A stretch of DNA of 64,000 bases from Lama glama (lineage: Eukaryota). The stretch covers positions 994,001 through 1,058,000 of the forward strand of contig CM052817.1 in NCBI GenBank assembly GCA_028534125.1. The letters run 5' to 3'. A program made the translations under genes and the position numbers. Of the stretch, positions 25,901-39,185 are shown in pieces. Below the pieces are notes generated by a model. That model was not told the origin of the DNA and did not search any database. It worked only from the letters and a program-made list of their open reading frames with translations. How positions within the stretch are numbered: position 1 is the first letter of the stretch; every line of letters begins with the position of its first letter.

Positions 25901-26567
25901 ACAGAGACCACTGCATACGGGGGAAGACGCTGAGCAGACACGAGGAGCAGACGGCCACGGCCCAGGCGATGCCCCACAGGCCACAGGTCAGCAGAAGCCA
26001 CCCAGAGCCGGAAGACAGCACGCTTCTGTCATCCCAAGACACAGGCTTTAGGGTGCAGTGACCCCAGCAAACTACTACGATCACCACTGGACGACCCTTT
26101 ACAGAAGTATTTAAGGGGAAACAAAAGGAAGGGAAGGGGGTTAAAAACGAAAAGACCACTGTTATGAACTGAACATCTGTGCCAAATTCATCCACTGAAC
26201 CCCTGATCTCTGGGAGGGGACAGGTCACAGGGCAGGGCTGTCCAGTGCAGACCAGCGTCCTTACAGAAGAGCCCCCAAGGCTCCCTCCGCTGGAAGGCTG
26301 CAGCCAGGAAGGGCCTCCCCGGACCGCAGCCAGCCTGCCCAGAGGAACGGCACATCCTGGACGTCCCCTCACCCACAACCACAAGAAAGTGAAAGTCTGC
26401 TGTTTAATCACCAGGTCTCCAGTGTTTTTGTGATGGCAGCTCGCAGACCGGGACAGCCAGCCGCCTTCAGGTTAAAGACAGTGCCTCAGCCGCGCCCCCA
26501 TGCTAAGCTTCTACCACGTCTCTGGGGGAGACAGCTGCAGAGCAAGGAAGGGGTTTCCAGTGCTCGC

Positions 26568-26918
26568 CAACACCGCACGCACACACACACTGCCCCGCCC
26601 ACGCACGCCCCCACGCCTCACACACACACGGCACCGCACACACACCCCACGCACGCATGCACCCCTCACGCCTCACACACAGCACCGCACACACCCCCCC
26701 ACGCCTCACACACACAGCACCGCAACACCCCCCCCACATGCACCCCCCCACGCCTCACACACACAGCACCGCACACACACCCCACGCACGCACCCCTCAC
26801 ACCTCACACACAGCACCGCACACACACCCCCACGCCTCACACACAGCACTGCACACACATCCCACGCACGCACGCACCCCCCCCACATGCACACACACAC
26901 ACACAGCACCGCACACCC
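26568..26918. repeat. CA-rich compound tandem repeat (units like acgcctcacacacagcaccgcacacacacccc)
   Basis: About 350 bp with roughly 7-8 degenerate 30-48 bp units made almost only of C and A. Confidence 0.9.
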
Positions 26919-27901
26919 ATGAGGAAAGAAGAGCCAGCTTGCATTCAGGTGCACGGCTGAGGGCCCCGGGCTCAGAACTCAGAGAAAAACAAGCTCCCAG
27001 TCCAACAGCACTAACCAGCGAGTCCTCCTGACGCATCAGAGACCCACCTGCGCACAGGGAACCAAGGTGAAGAGAAACCAGAGAAGCACAGCTAATGACT
27101 TCTTAGACAAAACTTCAAAAGCACAAACTATAAACTAAAAAATGTACTGCTCTGTATTAAGACGTATTTTTTGTTCAGCGAAGGGCAAATGGAAAATTTA
27201 ACTGGTGAGTAACAAAATGGCAGATACAACCCATAATGTTCAAAACCAGCAGTGTTTAACACCAAAATATACAAAGAGCCCCCACAAATCAACAAGAGGA
27301 CAGCCACCCCAATAAGAGACAAGCAGATGCTATTAACAGGCAGCGTACACAGGGGGAATTTGAGAAGGCAAGGACACAGTGACCGATGTCCCAGAGGAGC
27401 CAGAAAAACCCAAAGGAACACAAGCTGGCACCTTCCAAGCACCTGATCTGCAAAAACAGTGAAGTGGGCAAAGCCAAGTGCTGGCTGGGGCAGGGGAGAC
27501 AGCGCAGGTGCTCAGGCCCTGCGTGTGGGAGTGTGGCCACCACTTAAGCACATAGTCTATGACCCAACTATCCCACCTCGGGCAAAGATTCCAAATAAAT
27601 GTTCACAGTGATCTGTGCATAAGCAGCTCTGTGTCACAGCGCTACCGTGGGGGCCGAGCGGGAGGCAGCCTGCCACCCAGCACGAGAGTGTAATGGGGAT
27701 GGGGACAGTGCCCGTGGGCCCCTCGGTCTCTGTCTCGCTTTTTATCAACAACCGTTTACCAACGTTCAAAACATTCTTAGTCGGCAGGTCTTATAAAAAA
27801 CAAGTCATAGACCTCCGTTTTCCAACCCCAAGATTGCACCCACAACAGCAACATGGGTTAACGTGGAAAACGTTCTGTTTAAAAATGTTTTGTTTAAACT
27901 G

Positions 27902-28001
27902 NNNNNNNNNNNNNNNNNNNNNNNNNNNNNNNNNNNNNNNNNNNNNNNNNNNNNNNNNNNNNNNNNNNNNNNNNNNNNNNNNNNNNNNNNNNNNNNNNNN
28001 N
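27902..28001. other. Assembly gap (100 N)
   Basis: N run. Confidence 1.
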
Positions 28002-28324
28002 GGGTGAGCCTCAACATGAGGATGCTGAGCAAAAAAAGCCAGACCAAAAAAGCAATCTTTTTCTAAAAAAAAAAACCCTGATACCTTCTTCAGTTTTTTG
28101 AACTGTGATTCGATTAATATTCTGGAAAATGCCAATTAATGTGTGGTGACAGAAGGCACATCAGTGATCACCTTAGGGCAGGGAGAGGGCCAGGAGGGGC
28201 GGACCACAAAGAGGCAGGCGGAGATTTAGGCTGTGAGCCCTTTGCTATCTTCATCGTAATGGTTTTACAGGCGTGTACAAGTCACACTGCACACTTCACA
28301 TGTGTGTAGTTTGAGACAACAGGC

Positions 28325-29230
28325 TTACGAAAAATGCTCACTATCACTGATAGAGAAATGCAAATCAAAACTACAATGAGGCATTACCTCATACAGGTCA
28401 GAATGGCCATTATTAAAAAGTCCACAAGCCATAAATGCTGGAGAGGCTGTGGAGAAAAGGGAGCCCAGGGAGCCCTCCTGCACTGCTGGTGGGAATGTAG
28501 TTTGGTGCAGCCGTTACGGAAAACAGTATGGAGATTCCTCAAAAAAACTAAAAACAGACTTACCCTATGATCCACCAATTCCACTTCTGGGTATGTATCT
28601 GGAGGGAACTCTAATGTGAAAAGATACATGCACCCCAATGTTCACAGCAGCACTATTTACAACAGTCAACACCTGGAAACAACTCAAATGTCCATTGACA
28701 GATGAATGGATAAAGCAGATGTGGTATATTAATACAACGGAATACTACTCAGCCATAAAGAAGAATAAAATAACGCCATTTGCAGCAGTATTCTTACTTC
28801 ATTAAGTATGATAATCTCTAGCCCAATCCAAGTGAAGTAAGTCAGACAGAGAAAGACAAATACCACATACCACTTATATGTGGAATATTTTTTAAAAGAC
28901 ACAAATGAACTTACTTACAAAACAAAAACAGACTCATAGACATAGAAAACAAACCTACTGTTACCAGGGGGTAAAGTGGGATGGGAAGGGACAAATTGGG
29001 AGTTTGAGATTAGCAGATACAAACTACCATACACAAAATAAATATATAACAAGTTTCTACGGGACAGCACAGGGCACTATATTCAATATCTTGCAGCAAC
29101 CTATAATGAAAAAGAGTATGAGAATGAATGTATATATGTATGCATATGACTGAACCATGATGCTGTACACCAGAAATTGAGGCAACACTGTAAACTGACT
29201 ATACTTCAATTAAAGAAAAGACATTTTTAA
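28325..29230 (+). mobile_element. 5'-truncated LINE-1 (ORF2 C-terminus and 3'UTR)
   Basis: [13 protein letters not shown]...HCWWEC L1 ORF2 C-terminal motif; 3'UTR ending ctatacttcaattaaa plus A-rich tail. Confidence 0.92.
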
Positions 29231-30149
29231 AATAAATATGGGTAGTTTATGTCAATTATACTTAATGTGAAAAAGAGCCCCTAAAAACAGTATGTATCTT
29301 TGAAGGACACGTACCAAAGACACGCCAGAGACAGGGAGGACGGGGACGCTCCCACCCACGGGGAAAGCGGAGCGGGATGCGGGGGAGCAAGAGGCCAGGA
29401 GACAGGAGAGACCCCACAGAGACATCAGCGAGTAAGTCTAACAACAGGAGAAGGAAGGTAAAGACTCAGACACTGCCCAGACTGTCACAGAGCGAGGAAG
29501 GGAGTCTCGAGAAAGCACCCCGGAGGCTGCACAGAAAGCAGCGGGAAGCCTCACTCGCCTGACCGGAGGTTCGGAGAGAAAGGGAACAAAAACCGGGGCA
29601 AAGGCAATGTGTGAGGACATAATTGTTAAGAACTAGTAGATGAGAGATCATCACAATTTCAGGAAGCCCAACGAATTTTGTAGGATAAGTTAAAAAAAAT
29701 TTTTTTCACCAAAACATGTGACAGGAAACTGCAGAACTAGAATGAAACCAGTCGCAGGCCAGTGGGCCTGGGGCCACCAGCGGCAATCCTCTGGTGTGAC
29801 ACCAGGTTACTCTCAGTGACGACAGTCGCACACCACAGGCACCTGACCACAGAAAGGAAACAACCGAGGGACAGTGGTGTTTAGGTGAAATTTCAATGAA
29901 GCAGCCAGTCTATTATAAAAGGTCAGTGTGAGAACTGTCACCTGGACCTGGGACAGTTTCCTTGCAAGCAACAACAGTGAGAGAGGCAGATGTCACGTGG
30001 ACACTCTTATTGGATCCTCTGCACCTGGGCTGGAAATTGAGCCTGCTTCTCTGTTTGTGTCTAAGTGTCTTAGAGCCTCCAAGCAAAAGTGGGAGGTTTC
30101 ATTCCTACTGACGTGATTTCAAACAGCAAAGTTTCTGAGAGCCTGTGAT

Positions 30150-30840
30150 TTTAGACATAGAGTTCTCAGTGGGTAAGACAGCCACGTGATTAAAAGGCAT
30201 TTATGACATGACAACCCACAATCGCGCTGTGCCCTTGGGAAAAACACTTTCCTGTTCACTTGGCAGCTGGCCTCATTACCTGTTTGTTACTCAGGGTGAT
30301 AAATACATAGCTATCCTGGTCACTGACTACTGGAGTCCCTCAGCTCTCCCATGGCAGTCTCACAGGTGGGTAATTTTACAAGCCACACAACTATCTCACA
30401 GTCACCCCTAACACCTCCTTTGGCAGCAGTGTCAACGCCTTGGACCAGAGGGGTCACTGGTTTGACTCAGTAGCGGCATTTATTATTTTCTCAAGGCCCT
30501 TTCAAATAGAGCTGAAACATCAAAAGCAGCATCTGCATCTCACAACACTGTAGTTGTTACTCCCGATGTGACTCTTCCCTCCATAACCAAATGACACATT
30601 CTTAGGGAGCAAGGCTCTAAACCACCCCTGGTCCCGCACTGGACAGACCGCACTTCAGCTGTCCCGGGGCTCAGACTTGCTGGTGCAGATCCTCAGACTG
30701 TTTGGATTCCATCATCACGTGAGCCAATTCCTTTTAATGGAAACCAGTATTTCTTTCTCTGTACACACATGGCGTTTTTAGGTACATACCAGGTACACAC
30801 ACACGTCCTACTGGCTGTGCGGAAAGCTCTGTGTCACACA
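30150..30840. mobile_element. Probable ERVL/MLT2-type remnant
   Basis: gtgagccaattcctt...tctctg...cctactgg resembles an MLT2 LTR 3' end; recognised from memory only. Confidence 0.4.
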
Positions 30841-31049
30841 GTGTGGAACTTGTACAGCCCAGCCATCTAGTCCCCTGTACCCATGCTCCTACGTAAAAAA
30901 ATTAATCTGCAGAATAATATCCCCTAAGGTACCAGACCCTTAAACAACTAACGAAAGATACCGAAGACCGCTAGGCGGCCCACTAGGCAGCCCGCTAGGC
31001 AAATCGGGATGTCCTGGGGAATTTTTCATTATCAAAAATACACATAAAA

Positions 31050-32630
31050 ATTCTATTCAGAAAAGTTCAGTATCCAGAGTGACCTAGTCCTTTTGCATGC
31101 TAGCTAAGTAAGTTCTTTATTATAATTTCTTGTAATATGGGTAAAATCCAAGAACTATACATTTTGAAAAAAATCAATGAAAGAAAGCTGGTATACTTAT
31201 GTCCGTGCTGGACAAGAACAGACAAGATATTACCAGCTACAGAGACGTCCGTATAAAGGCCCATGGTTCAGCTCCCAAGTCAGCAGCAACAATTCTAAAC
31301 TTGCACACACCTAATAGTATAGCCTCAAAATGTATAAAGCAGAAGTTGACTAAACTGTAAGGACTAGACAAACCCATAATCTTAACATAGGTAAACATAC
31401 ATCTTCTCACTAGTTGATAAAATTTATGTTTTTTAAATCATTAAGAACATAATAGATCTCTACAACATGATTTAACAAATTTGACCTAATGAACATATAC
31501 TAGGCAATGGATCACAAAACCAGAGAATAAACATTTTCTCAAGCTCACTTGCAATGTTTACAAAATCTGACCATGTATTTTGCCATTAAGCAAATCTTAA
31601 ATTCCCAATGGCTTAAATAATATAGACTATATTCTCTGACAAGCACTCAATCCAGCTAGAAATCACTAGAAAAAACATAACTTACACCTCTCCCCCTCCA
31701 ATGTATAGGAAGAAACATTCCTAGATTACAAAATGGAACAGTGAAGAAATCATCACAGTAATTACAAAATACTGTGACCTGGTAATCATAATACTATCAA
31801 AATGTGTAGGATGCAACTAAAGTTGTGACTGAAAAAGAATACCTAGGACTTAATACGTATATTTTAGGGAAAAAAAGGCTGCAAAACAAGGTGAACGTCC
31901 ATCATAGGAGATTACAAAAACAAAATAAATACAAAAAAATAGAAGGAAGAAAATAATTAAAGCACAAAAATCAGTAAAACAGAGAACAAACACGTAACAG
32001 AATATCAACAAATTCAAAAGCTGGTACTTTGAAAGACTGACAATCATCTGGTAAGATAAAACAGGGAAAAAAATGAAAAAGGAACATCATAACATGTGCT
32101 TCTAATATCAAAAAAAGGTAAGAGGATGTTATTATCTACTCACCGCTAATAACTTTGAAGTTTTAGTAGAAACAGCCAAATCACTAAAAAAAATACGTAA
32201 TATCAAAATTTCACTTAAGAACATAAAACCAAACATCAATATTCAAAAATATACCCACAGAGAAAATCCAGGTCCCCCAGATGGTTTCATTACTAAGTTC
32301 TAATTCCATTATTAAACAAGCTTTCCAAAAAGGAAAATAGAGGATACACTACCACATCTTTTATAAGGGTCGTATGAATTCAATAACCAATATCTAACAA
32401 AGACAGTCTGGGAAAGTAAAATTAGAGGTTAATCTCATCCATGACCATAGATATAAAATTCATACACAAAAGTATCAGGACAACATAATCCCACAATATA
32501 AAATGACCAAGTTAGGTTTATTTCAGGAATGCCAGGTTGCTTTACAATGAATGCTATTCTGTAAATGTGGTAAACAATGTGTCAATAGATATTTTAAGCA
32601 TTTAATAAAATACAATATTCATTCATGTTC
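31050..32630 (+). mobile_element. Old decayed LINE-1 ORF2 fragment
   Basis: Strong A-rich bias; motifs such as atctgaccat, tattctctgac, aaaagctggtactttgaaaagac, ccagatggtttca. Confidence 0.75.
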
Positions 32631-32699
32631 ACATCTACCACGATTACCACCAGAAAGCTGGGTGTGCCTCTTGTTGGTGTCGAGCCAAAAGACACAACC

Positions 32700-34160
32700 A
32701 ATTTAGAATAATGATGGCAAAGATGTTCAGAGAACTCAAGAGAAGTATAGATGCACAGAGCAAAGTCTTTAGCAAGAGAGTTGGAAAATATAAAGAATAC
32801 CCAAACAAAGTTGAAGAATAAAATCACTGAAATGAGTAACACGCTAGAAAGAATCAAGAATAGATTAAACAAGGCAGAAGATCGGCTCACTGGGCTAGAA
32901 GACAGATTAGTGGAAATTACTACTGCAGAACAGAAAAAAGGATGAAAAGAAATGAAAACAATTTTACAGAACTCTGGGACAACATGAAGCACACTAATAT
33001 TTGCATTATAAGGGTCCCATAAAGAGGAGAGAGAAAGGACCTGAGAAAATCTGGGGGGAGATGATCACTGAAAATCCCCCCAACTTGGGAAAGGAAACAG
33101 TCACCCAAGTCCAGGAAACGCAGAGTTCCACACAGGATCAGCTGAAAGAGAAACACACCGAGGCACACAATAATCAACTTACAAAAATTAAGGATAAGGA
33201 GAAAATATTAAAATCAGCAAGAAAAAAGCAACAAATAACATACAAGGATCCCACTCTTGGGCACATATCCAGAGGGAACTCTAATTCGACAAGACACATG
33301 CACCCTAATGTTCACAGCAGCATTATTTACAATAGCCAAGACATGGAAACAAACTATATGTCCATCAACAGATTACTGAATAAAGAATTCGTAGTATATT
33401 TATACAACGGAATACTACTCAGCCATAAAAAATAAAATGCCATTTGCAGCAACATGGATGGACTAGAGATCATCATTCCTAAGTGAAGTCAGCCAGAAAA
33501 AGAAAGAAAAATACCCTATGATATCACTCATATGTGGAATCTAAAAAGAAAAAAAGAGGACACTAATGAACTCATCTACAAAACAGAAACACACCCATGG
33601 ACATAGTATAACAATCTTATGGTTACCAGGGGAAAGGCGGTGGGAAGGGATAAATTTGGGAGTTTGAGATTTGCAAATGTTAGCCATTATATATAAAAAT
33701 AGATTAAAAAAATTTCTGTAAAACACAGGGAACTATATTCAATATCTTTCAATAACCTTTAATGAAAAAGAATATGAAAACAAGTATATGTATGTATATA
33801 CATGACTGGGACATTGTGCTGAACACCAGAAACTGACAGACTGTGTCTGACTATATTTCAATAAAAAAAATTAACAAACATACAAGGGAACTCCCATAAG
33901 GTTATCAGCTGATTTTTCAGCAGAAACTCGACAGGTCAGAAGGGAGTGGCACGATATATTTGAAGTGATGAAAGGGAAAAACTTACAACCAAGAACACTA
34001 TCCAGCAAGGCTCTCATTCAGACTTGATGGAGGAATCAAAAGTTTGAAAGATAAACAAAAGCTACAGGAATGCCACCAAACCAGGTTTACAACAAATGTT
34101 AAACTTCTCCAGTCATCAAACCATGAGAAAAGAGAACAAAAAGGAAAAGAAAAACAGACC
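32700..34160 (+). mobile_element. LINE-1 ORF1 fragment interrupted by a younger L1 3' end
   Basis: ELENIKNTQTKLKNKITEMSNTLERIKNRL ORF1 coiled coil; KIKDKEKILKSARKKQQITYK resumes after 33887 as GTPIRLSADFSAET. Confidence 0.88.
33248..33876 (+). mobile_element. Younger 5'-truncated L1 3' end nested in the L1 ORF1 fragment
   Basis: TSD aacatacaagg at 33237-33247 and 33877-33887; ends tcaataaaaaaaa. Confidence 0.85.
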
Positions 34161-34164
34161 TACA

Positions 34165-35060
34165 AAAGATTGCTTTGGCAGTTCTGCCTCGTTTATGGTT
34201 CCATGGGAATTTTGGAACTGTTTGCTCTAGTTCTGGGACGAATGTCGTGAGCACTTTCACAGGGGGTGCACTGCTTTGGGCAGTGCGGGCACTTTGCTAA
34301 TGTTGATTCTTCCAATCCAAGAGCACAGGATGTCTTTCCATTTCTTTGTATCATCTTCAATTTCCTGCATTTGTGTTTTATAGTTTTCAGAGTATAGGTA
34401 ACCTACTTGGTTAAGTTTATTTCTAGGTATTTTGTTGTTTTTGATGTAATGGAAATGTTTATGTCAGTTATAAATTTCTGGTTTTTGAAGTGGAAAAAAA
34501 AAGTGAATGAAGGCCGCAGATGGCAAAATATCCTTCTTTTTCGTGGGTGAGTTATATTCCATTGTGTATATGTGCTACATCTTCTTTACTCAATCATCTA
34601 CTGATGTGCACTTAGGATGCTTCCATATCCTGGTAATTATAAATAATGCTGTTGTTAATAGCAGAGTGTATGTATCTTTTTGAGTTAATGTTTTTGTCTT
34701 TCTTGGATATATGCCCAGGAGTGGAGTTGCTGGGCCATATGGTGGTTCTATTTTCAGTTTTTTGAGAAACCTCCATATTGTTTTCCATAGTGGCTGCACC
34801 AATTTTCATTCCCACCGACAGTGTACAAGGGTTCCCTTTTCTCCACATCCTTGCCGACATTTGTTATTTGTGCTCTTTTTGATGATGGCCGTTCTGACAG
34901 GTTTGAGATGACGTCTCACTGTGATTTGGATTTGAATGTCTGATACAAGTGATGTTGAGCAACTTTTCATGTTCCCGTTGGCCATGTGCATTTCTTCTTT
35001 TGGAAAAATGTCTGTTCAGTTCTTCTGCCCATGTTTTAAATGGCTTGGTTTTTTGTTTGC
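34165..35060 (-). mobile_element. Antisense LINE-1 ORF2 3' fragments
   Basis: Minus-strand [32 protein letters not shown]. Confidence 0.88.
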
Positions 35061-35930
35061 TTTTTAATTGAAGTGCAGTTGATTTACAATGTTGTGTTTG
35101 CTTACGATGTACAGCATGGATGGACCTGGAGGGCATTATGCTTAGTGAAATAAGTCAGACAGAGAAAGACAAACACTGTAAGATATCACTTANNNNNNNN
35201 NNNNNNNNNNNNNNNNNNNNNNNNNNNNNNNNNNNNNNNNNNNNNNNNNNNNNNNNNNNNNNNNNNNNNNNNNNNNNNNNNNNNNNNNNNNNNNNNNNNN
35301 NNNNNNNNNNNNNNNNNNNNNNNNNNNNNNNNNNNNNNNNNNNNNNNNNNNNNNNNNNNNNNNNNNNNNNNNNNNNNNNNNNNNNNNNNNNNNNNNNNNN
35401 NNNNNNNNNNNNNNNNNNNNNNNNNNNNNNNNNNNNNNNNNNNNNNNNNNNNNNNNNNNNNNNNNNNNNNNNNNNNNNNNNNNNNNNNNNNNNNNNNNNN
35501 NNNNNNNNNNNNNNNNNNNNNNNNNNNNNNNNNNNNNNNNNNNNNNNNNNNNNNNNNNNNNNNNNNNNNNNNNNNNNNNNNNNNNNNNNNNNNNNNNNNN
35601 NNNNNNNNNNNNNNNNNNNNNNNNNNNNNNNNNNNNNNNNNNNNNNNNNNNNNNNNNNNNNNNNNNNNNNNNNNNNNNNNNNNNNNNNNNNNATGTGGAA
35701 TCTAAAAAAATACAACAAACCAGTGAACATAACAGAAGAGAAACAGACTCACAGATGTAGATAAGGAGCCAGTGGTGCCCAGTGGGGAGAGGGAGGGGGA
35801 GGGGCAAGATGGAGGCAGAGCACTAAGAGGCACAAACTACCAGGTGTGAAATAAGCTGCCAGGGTGTATGTGCAACGTGGGGAATACAGCCAGCAGGGCA
35901 TAATCGGTATAAATGGAGTATAGCCTTTAA
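35061..35930. mobile_element. L1 3' end in two opposite orientations, spanning an N gap
   Basis: 35061-35116 is the extreme L1 3' end on the - strand; 35117-35930 is the preceding L1 3' region on the + strand. Confidence 0.7.
35193..35692. other. Assembly gap (500 N)
   Basis: N run. Confidence 1.
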
Positions 35931-35949
35931 AAAAAAAAAAACCACAACC

Positions 35950-36482
35950 CAGCCAAAGAGCAGAAGGGGGAAGAATTTATTATTACTCGCAACAAGTAAA
36001 GAGAACACCAGGAATCCTTCCTAAAGCAGTGTCTCCTGGAACAGCAAAACTGGGAAGCTTTTAAGCTAAGGGTACATGCATATTCAGAAAGTGGCCTGGC
36101 TGGTCGCCAGAGTCCCAGCTTTAACAGATTAAAGTAACCAGGGTCAACACCATCATTCCATCCTCCACCTGTGTGTGTGCTGGCGGGGGGGGGGGTGCCT
36201 CATTTCTTGCAGAACTCAAAGACATGTATCAGGTTAGGTATATCTCTTGAGGAGCAACTAGAACTCTGTTTTATCACCGAACTATTGGTGCTTCACTGCT
36301 TTTCCTTTTTTTCTGCATTCCTCACTTCCCTTAAGATCATTAATTACTGAGACCCGTTCAAGGGCAAGCACTGTGGCCAGGCTTAGATCACAAAATGGCT
36401 TAGACCACAATGGTGCCCCTTATGTCAAGAAAGCCATGCTTGGTTCTCTTTCTCCAGAGACCCCCTACCCTATCTGCTTACA
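35950..36482 (-). mobile_element. Probable solo ERV LTR
   Basis: Minus strand begins TGTAAGCAGATAGGGTAGGGGGTCTC; AATAAA (tttatt 35976-81) near its 3' end. Confidence 0.6.
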
Positions 36483-37200
36483 CAATGGCTATATCCAAAA
36501 ACAAAAACAAACACACACACAAAAACCCAAAAGAACCCCATTATAACAAAGGTTGGCAAGGATGTGAGAAACTGGAACACTCAAAAATCACTGGTGTAAA
36601 GAGTGAAAACGCTGCAGCCACTGAGGAAAGTAGTTTGGGAGTTCCCTGAAATGTTAACCACAGAGTCACTGCAGACCCAAGTAACTCTCCTAGGTACACA
36701 CCTGAGAACTGAAAATGCATGTTCATAAAAGCCTGTCATGAATCTTCACAGCAGTGTTACTTACAATAGCCAAAAAGTGGAAACAACACAAATGTCCATC
36801 AAATGATGAATAATTGATGAATAAAATGTGGTGTATCAATAAAACAATTATCAGTCACAAAAAAGGTACAAGTATTGACACAAACTACATGGATGACCTT
36901 TAAAAATATCATGCTAAGTGAAGAAGCCAGTCAGAAAAGACCACATAGTGTATGATTCCATTTACATGAGACGTCCAGAACAGGCAAATTCAGACATAGA
37001 AAGATTAGGGCTTGCGGGGGAGGGGGGATAGGGACAGGAGTGCTAACCCAGAGTTTATTTTGGGGCTGATGAAAATGTCCTAAAGTCAACTAGGAACATG
37101 GCTGTACAACTGTGAATATACTAAGAACCACTGAATTTTCATTTTAAATGGGCAGATTGTACGACATGTGAATTACACCTCAATAGAGCTGTTTAAAAAC
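36483..37200 (+). mobile_element. Old L1 (L1MB/MC-like) 3' end
   Basis: caatagccaaaaagtggaaacaa...atgctaagtgaagaagccag...tatgattccattta motifs. Confidence 0.8.
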
Positions 37201-37605
37201 TTCATTCACGATTAAACCAGACAATACTCTGGAGGGTCCTGCTGAGTACAGTTAGGCAAGACAAAGAAAAGCAATTGGAAAGTAAAACAAAATAGTTAGC
37301 TACACAGAAAAATTAAGGAGTCTACAGGAAGATTATTGCAATTGGTAAGACTTCAGTACAGATGTCATTCACAAACTCATCTAAAAACAAAATTTTAAAA
37401 GACACCACTTACAACAGATTGAAAAAATAAAAATTATCTAAGAATATATCTAACAGAAGACAGAAGGACTCAATGGAGAAAATCATAAAACCCTACAACA
37501 AATATTAAAGATTTAAATAGAGAGATATGCCAATAATCCCAATTCGTAAGATTCAACATTAAGATGATTTCACCCTAGAATGAAGTGTAAATTCAACTCA
37601 GTCTT

Positions 37606-39044
37606 TTTTTAATTGGTGATGTGATTTTGCTTTTATTTTTTTAAACTTCAAAAAATGTTATTGAAGAATAGTTGATTTATAGTGTTGTCTCTGGTGTACA
37701 GCATGATGATTCAGTTATATATACACATATATAATTCCTCTTCACATTCTTTCCCATCACAAGTTACTACAAGATCTTGAATATACTTCCCTGTGCTATA
37801 CACTAGGACCTTGTTGCTTATCTATATTATATATAGTAGTTTGTATCTGCTAATCACAAACTTCCAATTTATCCCTCCCCATCCCTTTTCCCTTTTGATA
37901 ACTGTAAGTTTGTTTTCCATGTCTCCGTTTTGTAAGTAAGTTCATTTGCATCTTATTTTTTAGATTCCACATATAAGTGATGTGACTTTGACTTACTTCA
38001 CTTCACTTAGTATGACAATCTTACTTCACTTAGTAGGACGATCTATGGTCTATTCATTTTGCTGCAAATGGCATTATTCTTTTTTTTTAATCACTGAGTA
38101 GTATTCCACTGTATGAATATACCACAACTTCTTTATCCAGTCATCTGTTGATGGACATTTAGGTGCTTCCATGTCTTGACTGTTGTACACATTGCTGCTT
38201 TGAACACTGGGGTGCATGTGTCTTTTCGAATTAGTTTTCTCCAGATATCTGCCCAGGAGTGGGATTGCTGGATCATACGATAAGTCTATTTTTAGTTTCT
38301 TCAGGAATTTCCATATGGGTTTCCACAGTGGCCGCACCAAACTACAGTCCCACCAGCAGTGCAGGAGGGTTCCCTTTTCTCCACAGCTTCTTTAGCATTT
38401 ATTGTTTGCAGACGTTTCAATGACGGCCATTCTGACTGGTGTGAGCTGATACCTCATTGTACTTCTGATTTGCATTTCTCTGACAGTCAGCAAAACTGAG
38501 TATCTTTTCATGGGCCTACTGGCCACCTGTCTGTCGTCACTGGAGAACTGTCTGTTTAGGGCTTCCGCCCATTTTTCATTCGGTTTTGTTGTTGTTGTTA
38601 CTGTGTTGTATAATATTCTGGAAATTAAGCCCCTGTCTGTCACATCATTTGCAAATATTTTCTCCCACTCTGTAGGTTCTTTTTGTTTTGTTTATAGTTT
38701 CCTTTGCTGTGCAAAAGCTTGTAAGTTTAATTAGGTCCCATTTGTTTATTTTTGCTTTCGTTTTTATTGCCTCAGTAGATTGCCCTAGGAGAACACTGCT
38801 AAGATTTATGTCAGAGAATGTTCTGCCTGTGTTTTCTTCTAGGAGATTTATGATGCCTTGTCTTATGTTTAAGTCTAAGCCATTTTGAGTTGATTTCTGT
38901 GTATGGAGTGAGGGAGTGTCCTAGCTTCACTGATTTACATACGGCCGTCCAGCTTTCCCAGCACCACTTGCTGAAGAGATTGTCTTTTTCCATTGTATGT
39001 TCTTGCCTCCTTTGTCAAAGGTCAATTGACCATAGGTATGTGGG
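37606..39044 (-). mobile_element. 5'-truncated LINE-1 (1.4 kb)
   Basis: Minus-strand [41 protein letters not shown]; flanked by ttcaactcag repeats. Confidence 0.92.
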
Positions 39045-39059
39045 TTCAACTCAGGCCTT

Positions 39060-39185
39060 TTTTTTTTTTTTGAGGGGAACATAATCAAGTTTATTTATTT
39101 ATTTTTAGAGGAGGTACTGGGGATTGAACCCAGGACCTCGTGTGAGCTAAGCATGCGCTCTACCACTGAGCTATGCCCTTCCCCC
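39060..39185 (-). mobile_element. tRNA-derived SINE (Vic-1-like)
   Basis: A box tagctcagtgg, B box ggttcaatccc, AT-rich tail, poly(A), TSD. Confidence 0.85.

Noticed and set aside
26430..27036. His/Thr/Pro-rich and Cys/Val-rich ORFs
   Set aside because: Translations of the CA-rich tandem repeat.
32700..34160. Intact or domesticated L1 ORF1
   Set aside because: Broken by stops, frameshifts and a nested L1 insertion.
35120..35807. Long ORFs with X runs (also 27615-28135 and 51193-51783)
   Set aside because: Artefacts of N gaps.
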